From: Lewinellaceae bacterium
GTDB taxonomy: Bacteria; Bacteroidota; Bacteroidia; Chitinophagales; Saprospiraceae
Direction: 5' to 3'
Length of the DNA stretch: 64,000 nucleotides
NCBI GenBank assembly: GCA_020636435.1
Contig: JACJXX010000002.1
Span: 2,722,921 to 2,786,920, forward strand
Below are positions 34,611-44,064 of the stretch, piece by piece. The translations under genes were made by a program, and so were the position numbers. Position 1 is the stretch's first letter; every line of letters begins with the position of its first letter. A model generated the notes under the pieces. The model ran no database searches, was not told the DNA's origin, and saw only the letters and a list, made by a program, of their open reading frames with translations.

Positions 34611-35641
34611 AACTTCGGGCACAACACCACCTCATCCTCATACTCGCCCAAATAAGCGATAGAAATCTCAATAGCCCCGCTGCGCTGCCGCTGCGTACCC
34701 AGGGCGCTCGCCCGGGCGTCGTAACTAACACCCAGGAGGAAGCTGTTGTATTCGATGCCCACCATGGCGACGATGGCGTCGAGAGAGAAGCTGTCGTCGG
34801 CATTTCTTACCGGGCGCAGCCAGCCGCCGACGTGCAGAGCGGTGCCATTGATGTCGTCGATCAGGAAGCGGATGTTGCTGCCGGCATTGAGCGCCAGGTG
34901 CGGGCCCTGGTTGTACACCAGGGCGCGGGGATGGAACTGGATGGACTCTCCAACGGGAATTCTCAGGTTGAGGTAGGCGGAGTATTTCCGCAGCAGGGTG
35001 TTGCTCTCCGCCCGGTCGGGATCCTGGTCGCTGGCGAAAAAGCTCACTTCGGGTTCGAGGATGTGGTGCATGGCCGCTCCGGCAAACAGGCCGATGGAGC
35101 GCTCGGGAGCGTAGGAGTAGTTGAGGCCTACTGCAAAATCGGCGACGGCGAAGTTGTTTTCGGGAAAAATCTCCGCTGTGGGGTTGTCATAACCCGAGGA
35201 ACCGGAAAACTGGTCTTCGAAGAAGAGATTGCCATAGCTGAAGTTGCGCTGGGAAATGCCCGCCTGGGCGCCGATGCTCAGAAACTCGTTGTTGCGCGGG
35301 CTGAGGGATTTGTGGAAACCGCCGGAGATGTTGATCTGGTTGTTGGAGTAGCCCACTTCGGGCACTTTGTCGTTGTAAAAAACGACGCCCACGCCAAAGG
35401 CGTCCTTGTACCGTTTGCCCACATTCCGGAAGTTAAACCGCAGATCGATGGCGCCGGCGAAAGTCTTGTACGGCTCCTGGTCGCGGTAGATCAGGGCGAC
35501 GCGGTACTTGCCGTCGAAGGTGCCGGTGAGCGCCGGGTTGAGCGTCAGAGGGGAGGCGAAGAATTGGGTGAAGTGCTGGTCCTGAGCCTTCCCCGTGGCG
35601 GCGATGGCCAGGACAAAAATAATCGGTAATAATTTCCTCAT
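34607..35641 (-). CDS. type IX secretion system membrane protein, PorP/SprF family
   Basis: 344 aa. The signal peptide is followed by QDQHFTQFFASPLTLNPALTG, the hallmark PorP/SprF N-terminal motif. The remainder is beta-barrel-like. Confidence 0.9.
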   Translation of the reverse strand: MRKLLPIIFVLAIAATGKAQDQHFTQFFASPLTLNPALTGTFDGKYRVALIYRDQEPYKTFAGAIDLRFNFRNVGKRYKDAFGVGVVFYNDKVPEVGYSNNQINISGGFHKSLSPRNNEFLSIGAQAGISQRNFSYGNLFFEDQFSGSSGYDNPTAEIFPENNFAVADFAVGLNYSYAPERSIGLFAGAAMHHILEPEVSFFASDQDPDRAESNTLLRKYSAYLNLRIPVGESIQFHPRALVYNQGPHLALNAGSNIRFLIDDINGTALHVGGWLRPVRNADDSFSLDAIVAMVGIEYNSFLLGVSYDARASALGTQRQRSGAIEISIAYLGEYEDEVVLCPKF

Positions 35642-35667
35642 AAGATTGCTGGTACGTAACGTTCGCG

Positions 35668-35675
35668 CAAATGTA
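35668..35675 (-). promoter_or_regulatory. candidate -7 box (TACATTTG on minus strand)
   Basis: Exact TAnnTTTG match, 26 nt upstream of the PorP/SprF start at 35641. Confidence 0.4.
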
Positions 35676-35812
35676 GTGGATAAATTGTAAAGAAGACAAC
35701 GGACTTTCCCCGATAATTATTATTTTTGAAATTGCGGTAACAATAATTTCCAAAAAGAACCCAGCATGCAGCAGGAGGAAATGAGCTGTTTTGGAGGTGG
35801 AAAACGGCACAG

Positions 35813-36661
35813 ATGTCTTATGTAATTTGCCCGGTAAGTATTGTTCCCATCCGGAACAGCTCCTCGAATAAAAGCGAGATGATCTCTCAGCTCCTGTTCG
35901 GCGAACTGGCCGAGGTGCTGGAAACCAAGGGCCGTCAATGGACGAAAGTCCGCTGCGCGTGGGACAACTTCGTGGGCTGGGCGGCCACCAACCAACTCAG
36001 GCCCGTCACGCCTACCGAGTTCAAGCGCTTTCAGCACGACTTTGCCTACAGCCTGGAACTCTTCCACACCATTCTCGCCAACGATTTCTGCGTGCCCATC
36101 GTGATGGGCGCCCAACTGCCGGGCTTCGACGGCATGCGCTTCAAAATGGAGGAACACTACTTCACCTTCAGCGGCCAGGCCGTTTTTCCGGAACACATCG
36201 AGCAAACCCCGGAATTTATCATCAAGATCGCCCGCAAATACCTGCATGCGCCTTTCCTCTGGGGAGGCCGCTCGCCCATGGGCATCGACGGGCCCGGCCT
36301 GATCCAGATGGTCTTCAAACTGACGGGCATCTCCATGCCCCGGGAAGCCGAGCAGCAGGTCTACCTGGGAGAAGCGGTCGATTTCGTCGAGCAGAGCCGC
36401 CCGGGCGACATCGCTTTTTTTGAAAATAAAACCGGGAGGATAACCCACTGCGGCATCATCCTGCCCAACCGTGAAGTGCTGCACGCCTATGGCAGCGTCC
36501 GCATTGATGCCATCGACCACTTTGGGATTTATAATAAGAAACAGGGCCGGTATACTCACCGGCTGCGGGTGGTCAAGCGCATGCTGAAAGGCAAGGTAGA
36601 AAAGCAGGATACGGTGGAAAAGGCCGTGGAAAAAGCGGAGGGGCAGTTTGAACTCTTTTAA
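35813..36661 (+). CDS. NlpC/P60 (C40) family protein with SH3b-like N-domain; nucleophile Cys substituted
   Basis: 282 aa, with FLWGGRSPMGIDGPGLIQMVF where the family has G.DCSG. The downstream GDIAFF...ITHCGII...LHA His motifs are present. Confidence 0.8.
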   Translation: MSYVICPVSIVPIRNSSSNKSEMISQLLFGELAEVLETKGRQWTKVRCAWDNFVGWAATNQLRPVTPTEFKRFQHDFAYSLELFHTILANDFCVPIVMGAQLPGFDGMRFKMEEHYFTFSGQAVFPEHIEQTPEFIIKIARKYLHAPFLWGGRSPMGIDGPGLIQMVFKLTGISMPREAEQQVYLGEAVDFVEQSRPGDIAFFENKTGRITHCGIILPNREVLHAYGSVRIDAIDHFGIYNKKQGRYTHRLRVVKRMLKGKVEKQDTVEKAVEKAEGQFELF

Positions 36662-36668
36662 TCACTCC

Positions 36669-38027
36669 TCACACCGCCTGAATAATATCGTATTTCGTCA
36701 GAATATGCAACGCCCCGGCTTTGTCCCGCGCCATGACAGCAGGAATCGTCCGGCTGACGAACTGGCTCAACTGGCTGAAGGGCAGGTCGACGCTGACAAC
36801 GGGGAAGGGGTCGCCCATAATGTCTCCCACTTTGTTTTCGGAATTGTCGAAGGGGTTTTCCAGCAGGTAGGACAGCACGGCTGTTTCCGTTATAGAGCCC
36901 ACCATTTCCTCTCCTTTCATGACCGGCATCTGAGAGATGTCGTATTCCTTCATGATTTTGAAGGCCTGCCGCACGGTATCGTCAATATGGACGGCGATGA
37001 ACGGCGCTCCCTTTTTTAGGGCCAGGATATCCTTGACGCTCAACTCGCGCTCCAGGAAGCCACGCTCCCGCATCCAGTCGTCGTTGTAAATCTTTCCGAC
37101 GTAGCGGCTGCCGTGGTCGTGGATCACTACCACCACCACATCGTCTTTGGTGAGTTTGCCTTTCAGCTGGAGCAGGCCCGCCATAGCCGATCCGGCGGAG
37201 TAACCCAGCAGCAGGCCTTCCTCGCGGGCCAGGCGGCGCGCCATCAGAGCCCCGTCTTTGTCAGTTACCTTTTCAAAGTAGTCGATCACCTCGAATTCTA
37301 CATTCTTGGGCAGGATGTCCTCGCCGATGCCTTCGGTGATGTAGGGGTAAATCTCCTTCTCGTCGAACTCCCCGGTTTCGTGGTATTTTTTAAATACAGA
37401 ACCGTAGGTGTCGATACCCCAGACCTTGATATCGGGGTTTTGCTCCTTGAGGTATCTGCCGGTGCCGGAAATGGTGCCGCCGGTGCCTACGCCCACGACC
37501 AGGTGCGTTATTTTGCCTTCGGTTTGCTTCCAGATTTCCGGGCCGGTCGATTCGTAGTGGGCCTGCTTGTTGGACAGGTTGTCGTATTGGTTGCACCAGT
37601 AGGAGTTGGGGATTTCTTCGCTCAGCCGCCGCGCTACGGAATAATAAGAACGAGGGTCATCCGGCTCCACGTTGGTGGGGCAGACGATCACCTCGGCGCC
37701 GACGGCCTTCAGCAGGTCGATCTTCTCTTTGGACTGCTTGTCGCTGGTGGTGAAGATGCACTTGTAGCCCTTTACTGCCGCCGCCAGGGCCAGGCCCATG
37801 CCGGTATTGCCGGAAGTGCATTCGATGATGGTGCCCCCGGGCTGTATATCGCCCCGCTCTTCGGCGTCGGCCAGCATTCGGACCGCCATCCGGTCCTTGA
37901 TGGAATGCCCCGGGTTGAAAGTTTCCACCTTCATCAGCACCAGGGCAGGAACCTCTGCCGTTACCTTGTTGATCCTTACCAGTGGCGTATTGCCAATGGT
38001 TTCCAGTATGTCATTCTTGTAATTCAT
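36669..38027 (-). CDS. cystathionine beta-synthase-like PLP enzyme with tandem CBS domains
   Basis: ATG at 38027 gives MNYKNDILETIGNTPLVRINKV. The PLP lysine is in NPGHSIKDRMA. The C-terminal ~120 aa form a CBS pair. Confidence 0.9.
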   Translation of the reverse strand: MNYKNDILETIGNTPLVRINKVTAEVPALVLMKVETFNPGHSIKDRMAVRMLADAEERGDIQPGGTIIECTSGNTGMGLALAAAVKGYKCIFTTSDKQSKEKIDLLKAVGAEVIVCPTNVEPDDPRSYYSVARRLSEEIPNSYWCNQYDNLSNKQAHYESTGPEIWKQTEGKITHLVVGVGTGGTISGTGRYLKEQNPDIKVWGIDTYGSVFKKYHETGEFDEKEIYPYITEGIGEDILPKNVEFEVIDYFEKVTDKDGALMARRLAREEGLLLGYSAGSAMAGLLQLKGKLTKDDVVVVVIHDHGSRYVGKIYNDDWMRERGFLERELSVKDILALKKGAPFIAVHIDDTVRQAFKIMKEYDISQMPVMKGEEMVGSITETAVLSYLLENPFDNSENKVGDIMGDPFPVVSVDLPFSQLSQFVSRTIPAVMARDKAGALHILTKYDIIQAV

Positions 38028-38063
38028 GCATTTCGTTTTTAAAATGTGCCCGGCGAGGCGATC

Positions 38064-38118
38064 GCGCAAAGGCGCGCAGATATGAAGTTCTTGCACCCCA
38101 ACCTCTGCGCCTTTGCGC
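38064..38118. repeat. CTGCG/CGCAG-word palindrome N
   Basis: GCGCAAAGGCGCGCAGA pairs with TCTGCGCCTTTGCGC. The word content is related to the interior of B1. Confidence 0.6.
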
Positions 38119-38156
38119 CTCTGCGTGCCAATCCCCGCAAAGGTATTCAAACATTC

Positions 38157-39008
38157 TCAACGATAATATTTGATCTTTACAAAAAAGCGGGGATCGATAG
38201 CGCCCAGCAATTTGGCAGCCAGAGGAGAAAGGATGACGGTTACCTCGTCGCGGTAGGCCGTCAGGGGGATTTTTCCTATGACTTTCACATAAACAGTGCG
38301 GTTGTTCATTGGGTTGAGCACTTCGATGATAGAATTTTTCGGAGCATAGCTGTGCAAGCCGTAAAGGTCGGAATCTTCCTTGCTTTCCTTTTGCCAGACG
38401 GCGACGCCCTGGCTGTCGTATTGCCGTTTGTTGACGGATTCGTACTGGTAAATTTTGCGCAGGGCGGCGTTGCGCCGGGCGAGCGGGCCGCCGGCGTGTT
38501 GCCGCAGGCTGTCGGGAACGCCGAAGACGCTGATCCATCCGACGTGCAGTTGCTGGCCCTCCTTTAGGCTATAATCGGCAAGGTTGTTGCGCGCCATTAC
38601 CAGCTCTATCGGCATGCGGAAATAAACTTTGGCGATGCGAAACAAGGTGTCGCCTTTTTTAACCACGTAAAACACCGGGACATTTTCGTTGGGCCGGAAG
38701 CCGGATTCCATATACCGTTTGATGGCGGCATTCGGGATGGGCACCCGGATGGGCATGCCGATCTTCACGGTCTGGTCTTTCAACCCGGGGTTGAAATAAT
38801 AAAGCTCCTCAACCGACAGGCCGTAAAACTGGGCCAGCGAATAGAGGGTCTGCTTGGGCGCCATGAAGTGTTCGAAGAATTTTTCCTCGAAGGCCCCAAT
38901 GCTCAGAAATATGGTATCTTTAGCGGTCAGGTAGCTCAGGCTGTCGCCGGTTGCCGATGATGGCCTGCCGGAAAAAAGCAGGAGCGCGAAGAACAAGAAT
39001 TTTCTCAT
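38157..39008 (-). CDS. LysM-domain peptidoglycan-binding protein
   Basis: 283 aa with a signal peptide. It has two LysM repeats (YSLAQFYGLSVEELYYFNPGL and TLFRIAKVYFRMPIELVMARNNL). Confidence 0.8.
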   Translation of the reverse strand: MRKFLFFALLLFSGRPSSATGDSLSYLTAKDTIFLSIGAFEEKFFEHFMAPKQTLYSLAQFYGLSVEELYYFNPGLKDQTVKIGMPIRVPIPNAAIKRYMESGFRPNENVPVFYVVKKGDTLFRIAKVYFRMPIELVMARNNLADYSLKEGQQLHVGWISVFGVPDSLRQHAGGPLARRNAALRKIYQYESVNKRQYDSQGVAVWQKESKEDSDLYGLHSYAPKNSIIEVLNPMNNRTVYVKVIGKIPLTAYRDEVTVILSPLAAKLLGAIDPRFFVKIKYYR

Positions 39009-39031
39009 AGTGTTTCAAGCTTATTTACTCG

Positions 39032-39039
39032 CAAATATA
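39032..39039 (-). promoter_or_regulatory. candidate -7 box (TATATTTG on minus strand)
   Basis: Exact TAnnTTTG match, 23 nt upstream of the LysM gene start at 39008, in the 30-bp divergent spacer shared with kdsB. Confidence 0.35.
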
Positions 39040-39788
39040 TGAAAACCGTAGGTATCATTCCCGCTCGTTTTGCTTCTTCCCGTTTTCCGGGCAAACCTTT
39101 GGTGGAAATCGACGGCAAATCGGTGCTTCAGCGGGTCTACGAGCAGGCCCAGCGCGCCCGCCGCCTGGACGGCCTCCTCGTAGCCACCGACGACGCCCGC
39201 ATCCGGGAGCACGTGGAGGGCTTCGGAGGCAACGTGGTGATGACGGCTGCCCACCACCGCAGTGGCACGGAGCGCTGCGCTGAAGCTGCCGCCCGCCTGG
39301 ACGATGCCGGCGCCATCATCAATATTCAGGGAGATGAGCCTTTCATCGCCCCGGAACAGATCGACCTCGTGGTGGAACCTTTGGCCCGCAGGCAGGCGGT
39401 GCAGATCAGCACGCTGGCGAAAAGGATAGAAAAACAGGACGAGTTGAACAACCCCAATGTGGTGAAGGTGGTTTTCGGCCGGCTGCAGATGGCTTTGTAT
39501 TTCAGCCGCAGCACCATTCCTTATCTTCGGGATGTGCCCCCGGCGGATTGGCTGGCGCACGCACAATATTACAAACACATTGGTTTGTACGGGTTCCGCC
39601 GGGAGGTGTTGCTGGAATTGGCCAAGCTGCCGCCTTCCAATTATGAGCGTTGGGAATCGCTGGAACAGCTCCGCTGGCTGGAGTTTGGCTTTTCCATTTT
39701 TGTCAACCTGACCGAAAAGGAAACAATCGGCATCGATACGCCGGAAGACCTGGCGCGGGCTATAGATATGATAAAACCGGAGGAATGA
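39039..39788 (+). CDS. kdsB: 3-deoxy-manno-octulosonate cytidylyltransferase
   Basis: 249 aa. The N-terminus is MKTVGIIPARFASSRFPGKPL. Confidence 0.9.
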   Translation: MKTVGIIPARFASSRFPGKPLVEIDGKSVLQRVYEQAQRARRLDGLLVATDDARIREHVEGFGGNVVMTAAHHRSGTERCAEAAARLDDAGAIINIQGDEPFIAPEQIDLVVEPLARRQAVQISTLAKRIEKQDELNNPNVVKVVFGRLQMALYFSRSTIPYLRDVPPADWLAHAQYYKHIGLYGFRREVLLELAKLPPSNYERWESLEQLRWLEFGFSIFVNLTEKETIGIDTPEDLARAIDMIKPEE

Positions 39789-40321
39789 ATTTTTGCAGCC
39801 ATTGCGGGTCGGATCAACTGGAGTTCAGGGTGCCGGAAGGAGATAACCGCCCGAGGCATATCTGCTCCAACTGCGGCGCCATTCACTACTCCAACCCCAA
39901 GATTGTCACCGGCTGCCTGCCGGTTTGGGAAAACAAAGTCTTGCTGGCCAGGCGCGCCATCGAACCGAGAAAGGGCTACTGGAATGTGCCCAGCGGATAT
40001 ATGGAAAATGGAGAAACCGTAGAGCAGGGTGCCGAAAGGGAGGTATGGGAAGAAACCCTGGCAAAGGTGAAGGGGCTCCACCTGCACACCGTTTTCAGCA
40101 TTCCCCACATCAACCAGGTGTACATCCATTTTCTGGCAGAGCTGGGCAGCCCGGAATTCGGGGTAGGAGAGGAGTCGCTCGATGTACGGCTGTTTGCCGA
40201 AGAGGAGATTCCCTGGAAGGAGATCGCGTTCGCCTCCTCGGTTTTCACCCTGGAACATTACTTCGAAGACCGGCGCAAGGGGCGCAGGGCAGTACATACT
40301 GGCGTAATGGAGTGGCGGTAA
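39785..40321 (+). CDS. NUDIX hydrolase with N-terminal zinc-ribbon
   Basis: ATG at 39785 overlaps the kdsB stop (ATGA). It has CSHCGS...CSNCG and the Nudix box GYMENGETVEQGAEREVWEETLA. Confidence 0.85.
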   Translation: MNFCSHCGSDQLEFRVPEGDNRPRHICSNCGAIHYSNPKIVTGCLPVWENKVLLARRAIEPRKGYWNVPSGYMENGETVEQGAEREVWEETLAKVKGLHLHTVFSIPHINQVYIHFLAELGSPEFGVGEESLDVRLFAEEEIPWKEIAFASSVFTLEHYFEDRRKGRRAVHTGVMEWR

Positions 40322-40403
40322 GCAGAAAATATCTTCGGCTTAAATTGTCCTTCAGATACACCCAACGTTTTCAACTCCAACTGTAGTCTTCTTTAAAAAT
40401 GTT

Positions 40404-40733
40404 ATGAGAAGACTATTTTTATTTTTATCCGTTCTTACTGCCTGTACGGTGTTGCCCCATATTGCTTGTCGCAACAACAATAACGACGAAGCGCCCGCCC
40501 CTTGTTCAAATAAAGGAGCCCTCCTCGGGCCGGACTATCGCCGGTGTGCCTGCTGCGGTGGTTGGTTGATGGAAATATCGGGTGATACGTTGGTTGCCTG
40601 GGCAGTACCTGAAACGTTTACCCGGGACATCCAACCTGAAGAGTTGCCGTTGCCGGTGTTTTTGGAATGGAAAGATGTGGCAGGGCCATGCCAGGGAGGG
40701 GTGATCGAAGTGGAATGCATCCGAAGGAGGTGA
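40404..40733 (+). CDS. small Cys-rich putative lipoprotein
   Basis: 109 aa with signal/lipobox-like LFLFLSVLTAC. It contains seven further Cys residues. No motif recognised. Confidence 0.55.
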   Translation: MRRLFLFLSVLTACTVLPHIACRNNNNDEAPAPCSNKGALLGPDYRRCACCGGWLMEISGDTLVAWAVPETFTRDIQPEELPLPVFLEWKDVAGPCQGGVIEVECIRRR

Positions 40734-41216
40734 TTACAGGAACCCGCCATGAAACCCAATCGGCAGGAGCGCCTTTCCCGAATCCAGCCAATACACCTCG
40801 CCTTCAGACCCCTGCAGGATAACGATCATATTTTTTTTCTGCCGGTCTTCCGTTTCGCTGATGACCTGCCGGCAGGCCCCGCAGGGAGAGGCCGGTTGGG
40901 CAATGGCTTTTTTATCGCTTTGGACCGTCACGGCAATGGCCCGGACGGCAGCCCCGGGATGCTGCATGGCTGCGTTGCCGAGCGCCGTCCGCTCGGCGCA
41001 GATGCACATGGAATAGGCGGCGTTCTCCAGGTTGGCGCCCTGTACGACCGCGCCGTTGTCCAATAGTGCCGCTGCGCCCACCCGAAAATTGGAATAGGGA
41101 GCATAAGCCAGATTTCTGGCGGCCCGGGCGCTTTCCAGTAAATTTTGGTATTCGACGGGGAGTTCTTTGGCCGATTCGTAGACTTTAATTTTCGTGCTGA
41201 TCGTTATTTCTTTCAT
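40734..41216 (-). CDS. cdd: cytidine deaminase
   Basis: ATG at 41216 (MKEITIST...). The zinc motifs are CAERTALG and PCGACRQVISE. Confidence 0.9.
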   Translation of the reverse strand: MKEITISTKIKVYESAKELPVEYQNLLESARAARNLAYAPYSNFRVGAAALLDNGAVVQGANLENAAYSMCICAERTALGNAAMQHPGAAVRAIAVTVQSDKKAIAQPASPCGACRQVISETEDRQKKNMIVILQGSEGEVYWLDSGKALLPIGFHGGFL

Positions 41217-41306
41217 TGCTTTACCTGAAGTAAATAAAACAGTATATTGCGCTTTTGCTCTATCCGAAACAAGCAAATTACCTCATTGTTAAGACAAAAC
41301 CAACTT

Positions 41307-42641
41307 ATGAACAGCATATTGATTATCGGCGCAGGGCGTTCTGCCACTGCATGCATCAAATATGTGCTGGAAAAGGCCAGGGAGCGGAACTGGTTTGTCA
41401 CCGTTGCCGACGCCGACCCTCAACTGGCCGACGCCAAGGTAGCCGGGCACCCCAACGGCCGCGCCACCTGGCTGGATGTACTGAAAGTCAATGACCGGCG
41501 GGAATTGATCGGCCGGGCAGATGTGGTCGTTTCTCTCCTTCCTGCCCACCTTCACCTGGAAGTGGCGCACGACTGCATCAAGCTGAAGAAGCACCTTATC
41601 ACCGCCTCTTACGTTTCCCAGGAAATGTACCGGCTGGGCGACGAAGCCCGCGACCGGGAACTGATTTTCATGGGGGAGATGGGGCTGGATCCCGGCATCG
41701 ACCACATGTCCGCCATGAGGCAGATCGCCCGCATCAAGGCGGAGGGCGGAAAGGTGACTGCCTTCCGCTCCTATACCGGCGGGTTGGTCGCTCCGGAGAG
41801 CGACGACAACCCCTGGAATTATAAATTTACCTGGAATCCACGCAATGTGGTGCTCTCCGGGCAGGGCACCGCTCAGTACCTGGAGGATGGCAAGTTTAGG
41901 TTTATCCCCTATAACCGCCTTTTTGTAGAATACCGCACTGTACAGGTTCCGGGAATGGGCGAGTACGAGGCTTACGCCAACCGGGACTCTCTGCTGTACC
42001 GGGAGGTTTATGGCCTGGCCGGCATCCCGAATATCCTGAGAGGGACCATGCGCACCAAAGGGTTCTGCGAAGCCTGGAATGCGCTGGTCAAGATCGGCCT
42101 GACCGACGGCGGTTACCCGATCGTCGATTCTGACAAGCTGACCTACCACGAATTGATGGAAGGTTACCTCAGCCCGGAAGACAACGCCGGCTCGGTGAAA
42201 GACCGAATCGCCCGGCTGATCGGGGAAGAGCCCGACTCGGTGGTGATGAAAAAGCTGGAATGGCTGGGCCTGTTTCGAAAGAAAAAAGTGCGAATACCCA
42301 ACGCAACGCCGGCTCTGATCCTGGAAAACCTGCTGCTCGATAAATGGAAACTCAAGCCTAAGGACAAGGATATGATCATCATGCAGCACGAATTCGAATA
42401 CGAGTTGCATGGAAAGCTGAAAGAGGTGGTTTCCACCCTGGTGATGAAGGGAGAGGATGGGCAACACACCGCCATGTCGAAACTAGTAGGCCTGCCAATG
42501 GGCATTTTTGTCAAGCTGGTGATGGAAGGCAAGATCACCTCTACGGGCGTCAATATCCCGGTAATGCCTGAGGTGTACGAGCCGGTGCTCGACGAGCTGG
42601 AGCAGTTCGGGGTTGTCTTCTCAGAGCATGAAAAAGCATAG
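41307..42641 (+). CDS. saccharopine dehydrogenase family oxidoreductase
   Basis: ATG at 41307 gives MNSILIIGAGRSATACIKYVLE (Rossmann fold). 444 aa. Confidence 0.85.
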   Translation: MNSILIIGAGRSATACIKYVLEKARERNWFVTVADADPQLADAKVAGHPNGRATWLDVLKVNDRRELIGRADVVVSLLPAHLHLEVAHDCIKLKKHLITASYVSQEMYRLGDEARDRELIFMGEMGLDPGIDHMSAMRQIARIKAEGGKVTAFRSYTGGLVAPESDDNPWNYKFTWNPRNVVLSGQGTAQYLEDGKFRFIPYNRLFVEYRTVQVPGMGEYEAYANRDSLLYREVYGLAGIPNILRGTMRTKGFCEAWNALVKIGLTDGGYPIVDSDKLTYHELMEGYLSPEDNAGSVKDRIARLIGEEPDSVVMKKLEWLGLFRKKKVRIPNATPALILENLLLDKWKLKPKDKDMIIMQHEFEYELHGKLKEVVSTLVMKGEDGQHTAMSKLVGLPMGIFVKLVMEGKITSTGVNIPVMPEVYEPVLDELEQFGVVFSEHEKA

Positions 42642-42707
42642 CACAAGCTGAAAATCTTTCAACCTCTGTACAGCAGCAATATCCGGGCCCTGCAGCTGTT
42701 TCATCTC

Positions 42708-43961
42708 ATGCGGCAGGGCGCCACCATTCTCATTGCCGTTTTCCTGGCGAAAAGCCCTTTGTCTACCGAAGAAATCGGCATCTATGAGATGCTGTTGTAC
42801 ATTGGCTTCACGTTGACGACCTTCTGGGTGACGGGCCTGATGCAGGGCTTCCTGGCCCAGTATCCTCAGCTTCCCAAAGAGCAGCAACCCGTCTTTTTAT
42901 TCAATGCCTATTTGTTGTTCCTGCTGGCCAGTTCGCTGGTGCTGGCCCTGATGATTTGGGGCAAGGCCGGGATCCTCATTGTGCTGACCGGCCAGCCGGA
43001 GTTGCCTTACTACGAGCTGTTTGCCGTGTTTCTGTGGCTGAATGTCCCGGCTTACCTGGTAGAGAACTTCTATCTGGTGCTGCGCAAGCCCAGGTCTATC
43101 TTTTGCTTTGGCCTCTTTGCTTTTGGCCTGCAGGCACTGGCGGTGCTGGCCCCGGTTTTCCTGGGCTACGGCCTGTTGTGGAGTTTTTACGCCCTCCTGG
43201 CGCTGGGCATTTTAAAATATGCCTGGCTGGCCTTGCAACTGGCGCGCTGGGGCGCTTTTAAGCTCGACGTGGGGCTGGCTCTGCGCTGGGCTTCTCTCAG
43301 CATCCCGCTGATGCTCTACGCCCTGATGGGCAGCTTCAACCAATCATTCGACAACTGGCTGGTCAACTTCTGGTTTAAAGGCGACGAACACGCCTTTGCC
43401 ATCTTCCGCTATGGCGCCCGGGAACTACCCCTGGCCCTGGCCCTCACCAATGCCTTTAGCTCCGCTATGCTGCCCGAAGTAGCTGCCAACCTGCCAGTTG
43501 CCCTGGCCTCCATCAGGAAAAAATCCCTGAAACTTTTTCACCTGCTCTTCCCCTTGTCTATCGGGCTGGCCCTTGCCAGCGGCTGGGTCTTCCCCCTGGT
43601 TTTTAATGAAGATTTCCGCGCCAGCGTCCCTGTTTTTAACCTCTTCCTGCTGGTATTGGTGAGCCGCCTCATTTTCTCCCGGACCATCCTGGTGGGCCTG
43701 AACGCCAACCGCATGATCTTTTACATCTCCATCCTGGAGCTGGCCTTCAACGTCGCCCTCAGTTTTGCCCTGGTTCCCTTTCTGGGCCTTTCGGGTATCG
43801 CCATCGGCACCGTGGCGGCCTACTCCCTGGAAAAAGCGCTGCTTTGCTGGTATCTTTACCGCAAATTCGGCATCGGCATCGGCCAGTATACGGATATGCG
43901 TTGGTATCTTGCTTATTCGGCCCTGCTGATACTAAGTTTTGTGGCGGCCTTCCTGAGGTGA
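42708..43961 (+). CDS. polysaccharide/oligosaccharide flippase (MOP/Wzx-like)
   Basis: 417 aa with about 12 TM helices. The frame is open for 22 further codons upstream, but no ATG, GTG or TTG is available there. Confidence 0.7.
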   Translation: MRQGATILIAVFLAKSPLSTEEIGIYEMLLYIGFTLTTFWVTGLMQGFLAQYPQLPKEQQPVFLFNAYLLFLLASSLVLALMIWGKAGILIVLTGQPELPYYELFAVFLWLNVPAYLVENFYLVLRKPRSIFCFGLFAFGLQALAVLAPVFLGYGLLWSFYALLALGILKYAWLALQLARWGAFKLDVGLALRWASLSIPLMLYALMGSFNQSFDNWLVNFWFKGDEHAFAIFRYGARELPLALALTNAFSSAMLPEVAANLPVALASIRKKSLKLFHLLFPLSIGLALASGWVFPLVFNEDFRASVPVFNLFLLVLVSRLIFSRTILVGLNANRMIFYISILELAFNVALSFALVPFLGLSGIAIGTVAAYSLEKALLCWYLYRKFGIGIGQYTDMRWYLAYSALLILSFVAAFLR

Positions 43962-44064
43962 CGCTTCCGCTTCTGCTCCTCCATCGCCAAAGAAGTGTCG
44001 CCTCCATAAGAAAACCCCCTGAAAAAAAAAACACAGTCAACGCCATTTAAAAAAAAACTACCTC

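Noticed and set aside
41307-42641. The two saccharopine-dehydrogenase-fold genes (41307-42641 and 46317-47525) as a recent duplication.
   Set aside because: The sequences are highly divergent outside the Rossmann motif and belong to different subfamilies. One is lysine-pathway-like, and the other is carboxy(nor)spermidine dehydrogenase beside its decarboxylase.
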